A stretch of 20,000 nt of DNA from an uncultured virus (IMG/VR IMGVR_UViG_3300006793_000020). Lineage: Duplodnaviria; Heunggongvirae; Uroviricota; Caudoviricetes. The translations under genes were made by a program, and so were the position numbers. The notes under the pieces are model-generated. The model was given only the letters and a program-made list of their open reading frames with translations. It searched no databases and was not told the origin of the DNA. Below are positions 17,580 through 20,000 of this stretch, piece by piece (within the stretch, counting starts at the first letter, position 1; each line of letters starts with the position of its first letter). The DNA lies in the IMG/VR virus record IMGVR_UViG_3300006793_000020. One strand, given 5' to 3'.

Positions 17580-17611
17580 TATTTATCTGTAAAATACGTA
17601 GTTAATAAATA
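17580..17611. promoter_or_regulatory. Divergent pair of late-promoter boxes: GATAAATA (minus, 17580-17587) and AATAAATA (plus, 17604-17611)
   Basis: Each box lies exactly 5 nt upstream of its ATG (17574 and 17617), with no SD between box and ATG. Confidence 0.75.
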
Positions 17612-17616
17612 ACAAT

Positions 17617-19068
17617 ATGAAAAACTTATTAAAGTATATCAGTAAAACCTTTAAACGTACACCAGCCAGGCCAGACGAACCTCATAAAAACTTTTGTGTA
17701 ATACCATTTATACACCTAGCCACCACTACTGAAGGTAATTGTAGATTGTGTTGCAAAGTAAGTAAGTTTGACACTATCAATAAACCTGATGGTACACCAT
17801 ATAATGTTAATGTAGACAGCATTGACGAGATATGGCACAGTGATCATTATAATGAAATACGTGATCGTGTACTGGCAGATGAGAAATTACCTGAGTGTAA
17901 AACATGCTGGCGAGAAGAAGAAATTCACTATAGTGACTGGAGCAAGTATAAAAACAACGAATTATCCAGTAAACGCCGTAAAGAAAACCAAAAATGGTTA
18001 CATCGTGAGAAAACACGACTAACTGACAACTGGCAAACAGTTGTTGATGATCCACAAATTCGTTACTTTGATGTTAGACTCAGTAACTTGTGTAATTTAA
18101 AATGTCGCATGTGTTGGCCACACTTTAGTAGTCAAATTGTTAAAGAACAAAAAGAATTTGCCAAAGCTGGATTACCCACACATTATAAAAACTATGATGT
18201 GAATGAATGGGATACAGAACTGTTGTGGGAAGGCATCAAACACAATTTAATAGCTGTTGAGGAAATATCATTTGTGGGTGGTGAACCTACATTACACGAA
18301 GGAATTGACCAGTTACTGGACCAACTAGTAGAGACTGGACAGTGTAAAAAGATAAGACTAAAGTATACAACCAACTTAACAAATATACAGCCAAAGACAC
18401 TGGAATATATGAAGCATTTTAAAAATACAGTTATTAATGGTAGTATAGACGGAGTTGGTAGCACAAATGATTACATACGTTTCCCCAGTGATTGGCAAAC
18501 TATAGAAAAAAATATTTTTAAACTAATAAATCTTCGCCGTATCAAATACAAGCACTGGCGTGAAACCAGTTTAACACTGACACCTGTTATACAAATCTAC
18601 AATGTGTTTAACATAAAAGACTTGGTTTGGTGGTACTGTCAAACATGGCTAAGTATATATAGTAAAAGTAAGAAATACTTTGTTCTTGATTTAGATTTAT
18701 TATATGATCCAGGCTATCTTAGTGTTAAACGGCTAAATGTACAAGGTAAGAAAGCATGGCATGCTGATGTGTTTAAACCTACAATGGATTATTTAGATGA
18801 TATTATTAATAATATTGATCGTTATGATGCAGACAGTAGAAATTATTGGTATGTCCTTATAGAATTACGAAAGCGTATTATTAATATTGCAGTGTATATG
18901 GAAGTAGTAAACTATGATACACAAACAGATGAATGGGATTATTGGTTTAGTGATACAACAGATCCTAAACTACAGAAACAATTAGTAGACTATACCAAAC
19001 AACTAGACAAACACCGTGGACAAGATGTTACTGATATCATACCAGGGTTTTATGAGTATATCAAATGA
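17617..19068 (+). CDS. Radical SAM protein with N-terminal Twitch/SPASM-like domain
   Basis: FCVIPF..RLCCK..CKTCW, then CNLKCRMC, GGEPT, TTNLT, SIDG..YIRFP. Confidence 0.93.
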   Translation: MKNLLKYISKTFKRTPARPDEPHKNFCVIPFIHLATTTEGNCRLCCKVSKFDTINKPDGTPYNVNVDSIDEIWHSDHYNEIRDRVLADEKLPECKTCWREEEIHYSDWSKYKNNELSSKRRKENQKWLHREKTRLTDNWQTVVDDPQIRYFDVRLSNLCNLKCRMCWPHFSSQIVKEQKEFAKAGLPTHYKNYDVNEWDTELLWEGIKHNLIAVEEISFVGGEPTLHEGIDQLLDQLVETGQCKKIRLKYTTNLTNIQPKTLEYMKHFKNTVINGSIDGVGSTNDYIRFPSDWQTIEKNIFKLINLRRIKYKHWRETSLTLTPVIQIYNVFNIKDLVWWYCQTWLSIYSKSKKYFVLDLDLLYDPGYLSVKRLNVQGKKAWHADVFKPTMDYLDDIINNIDRYDADSRNYWYVLIELRKRIINIAVYMEVVNYDTQTDEWDYWFSDTTDPKLQKQLVDYTKQLDKHRGQDVTDIIPGFYEYIK

Positions 19069-20000
19069 CAAAAGCACCAAGTGAAACATTTTGTATCCTG
19101 CCCTGGGTACATTTATCAACCAGACCAGATGGCAGTATGCGAGTATGTTGTACAGCCAATGCCAGTAGTGTTGGTCCGACAAATGACAAAAGTGAATGGG
19201 GAGGCATGGTGGGCGTACTCAAGGACGATCTAGGCCGTCCCAACAACTTAAATGTAACAGACTTTCAGAGCGCATGGAATTCAAAGTATATGCGTAATGT
19301 TCGCAAACAAATGCTTAATGGCGAAATTCCAGCTAGTTGTACCAAGTGCTTTAAAGAAGAAGCCGCAGGACACCGCAGTAAACGACAATGGGAAACTGCT
19401 TACTGGAGTCAGCGTGTTGATGTTGATAACCTTATCTCCAATACACAAGACGATGGCGAAGTACCTCCCAACTTGGCATACATTGACTTACGCTTTGGTA
19501 CCAAGTGTCAATTAGCCTGTGTTATGTGTAGCCCACATGATAGCAGTGGTTGGATTAAAGATTACAAAAAGATCTTTCCAGCAGTACAAAACACTACACT
19601 AAAAGACACCATGCAGTGGAGCGACAAAGGTAGCATAAACGGAAGTAGTTACAACTGGCACAAACAAAACGACATATTCTGGCAACAGTTTTATGAACAA
19701 ATGCCTAGTATGCAACAGATTTATTTTGCTGGTGGTGAGAGTTTAATTATTGAGGAACATTATGAGATACTTGAACATGCGATTAAAATGGGTTACGCAA
19801 AAGATCTGGAACTACGTTACAACTCAAACGGAGTTGAATGGCGAGAAGATTTATTTGATCTATGGAGAGAATTCAAACTGGTGCGTTTCCATTATTCGGT
19901 AGACAGCATACACGCTATGAATGATTATATACGTTATCCCAGTGAATGGAAGCGACAAGAGGAAGTGTTCCACATACTTGATACACAAACAAGCAACAAT
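19065..20000 (+). CDS. Radical SAM protein with N-terminal Twitch/SPASM-like domain, 3'-truncated by the window (absent from the ORF track)
   Basis: ATGA overlap at 19065-19068. Manual translation MTKAPSETFCILPWVHL..RVCCT..CTKCF..DLRFGTKCQLACVMC..FAGGES..NSNG..SVDS..YIRYP is open to the end of the window. Confidence 0.92.
   Translation, partial: MTKAPSETFCILPWVHLSTRPDGSMRVCCTANASSVGPTNDKSEWGGMVGVLKDDLGRPNNLNVTDFQSAWNSKYMRNVRKQMLNGEIPASCTKCFKEEAAGHRSKRQWETAYWSQRVDVDNLISNTQDDGEVPPNLAYIDLRFGTKCQLACVMCSPHDSSGWIKDYKKIFPAVQNTTLKDTMQWSDKGSINGSSYNWHKQNDIFWQQFYEQMPSMQQIYFAGGESLIIEEHYEILEHAIKMGYAKDLELRYNSNGVEWREDLFDLWREFKLVRFHYSVDSIHAMNDYIRYPSEWKRQEEVFHILDTQTSNN

Noticed and set aside
507..19515. Numerous 60-140 aa alternative-frame or antisense ORFs (e.g. 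1913..2338, 6172..6591, 14007..14405, 17168..17560, 19297..19515)
   Set aside because: They lie largely or wholly within well-supported genes and have no recognisable motifs; they are shadow ORFs.
1..20000. None of the 22 called genes with a visible stop codon ends in TAG, raising possible stop-codon reassignment
   Set aside because: All genes are full-length under the standard code with no in-frame TAG interruptions, and low TAG use is expected in AT-rich genomes.
8383..20000. Bacterial antibiotic or RiPP biosynthetic cluster
   Set aside because: No transporter, protease, regulator or resistance gene is present, and T4-type late boxes with dense overlaps point to a virus. Not fully excluded without flanking sequence.
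12072..20000. 7-deazaguanine (QueE), MoaA or viperin assignment for the radical SAM genes
   Set aside because: No FolE, QueC, QueD, DpdA or MoaC neighbours, and the domain architectures differ.
1..20000. tRNA, rRNA, CRISPR array, IS element or intron/intein
   Set aside because: Intergenic gaps are about 60 nt or less, and I saw no nucleotide repeat array, transposase, endonuclease or oversized interrupted gene by eye.

Overview
AT-rich, very gene-dense 20 kb window, most consistent with an accessory 'modification island' of a large T4-like or jumbo dsDNA phage. This is inferred from T4-type late promoter boxes, tight gene overlaps and gene content; no capsid, terminase or replication hallmark gene is present. 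The left half (1-10 kb) holds a sugar-nucleotide/glycan toolkit: DegT aminotransferase, SDR epimerase, SGNH-like protein, cupin, Rpe-family epimerase, nucleotidyltransferase-kinase fusion, HxlB-like SIS isomerase, HAD phosphatase and a NodU/CmcH carbamoyltransferase followed by an unannotated 42-aa ORF ending in DPFIYD. The right half holds a glycosyltransferase-like gene, a repeat-bearing methyltransferase, a 75-aa ORF, a second SGNH-like gene and six radical SAM enzymes of two architectures. The last radical SAM gene runs off the window and is missing from the ORF track. At all four divergent junctions an ATAAATA box sits 5-6 nt before an ATG (six genes), which suggests leaderless late transcription and so a late-acting, possibly virion-decorating, modification system.
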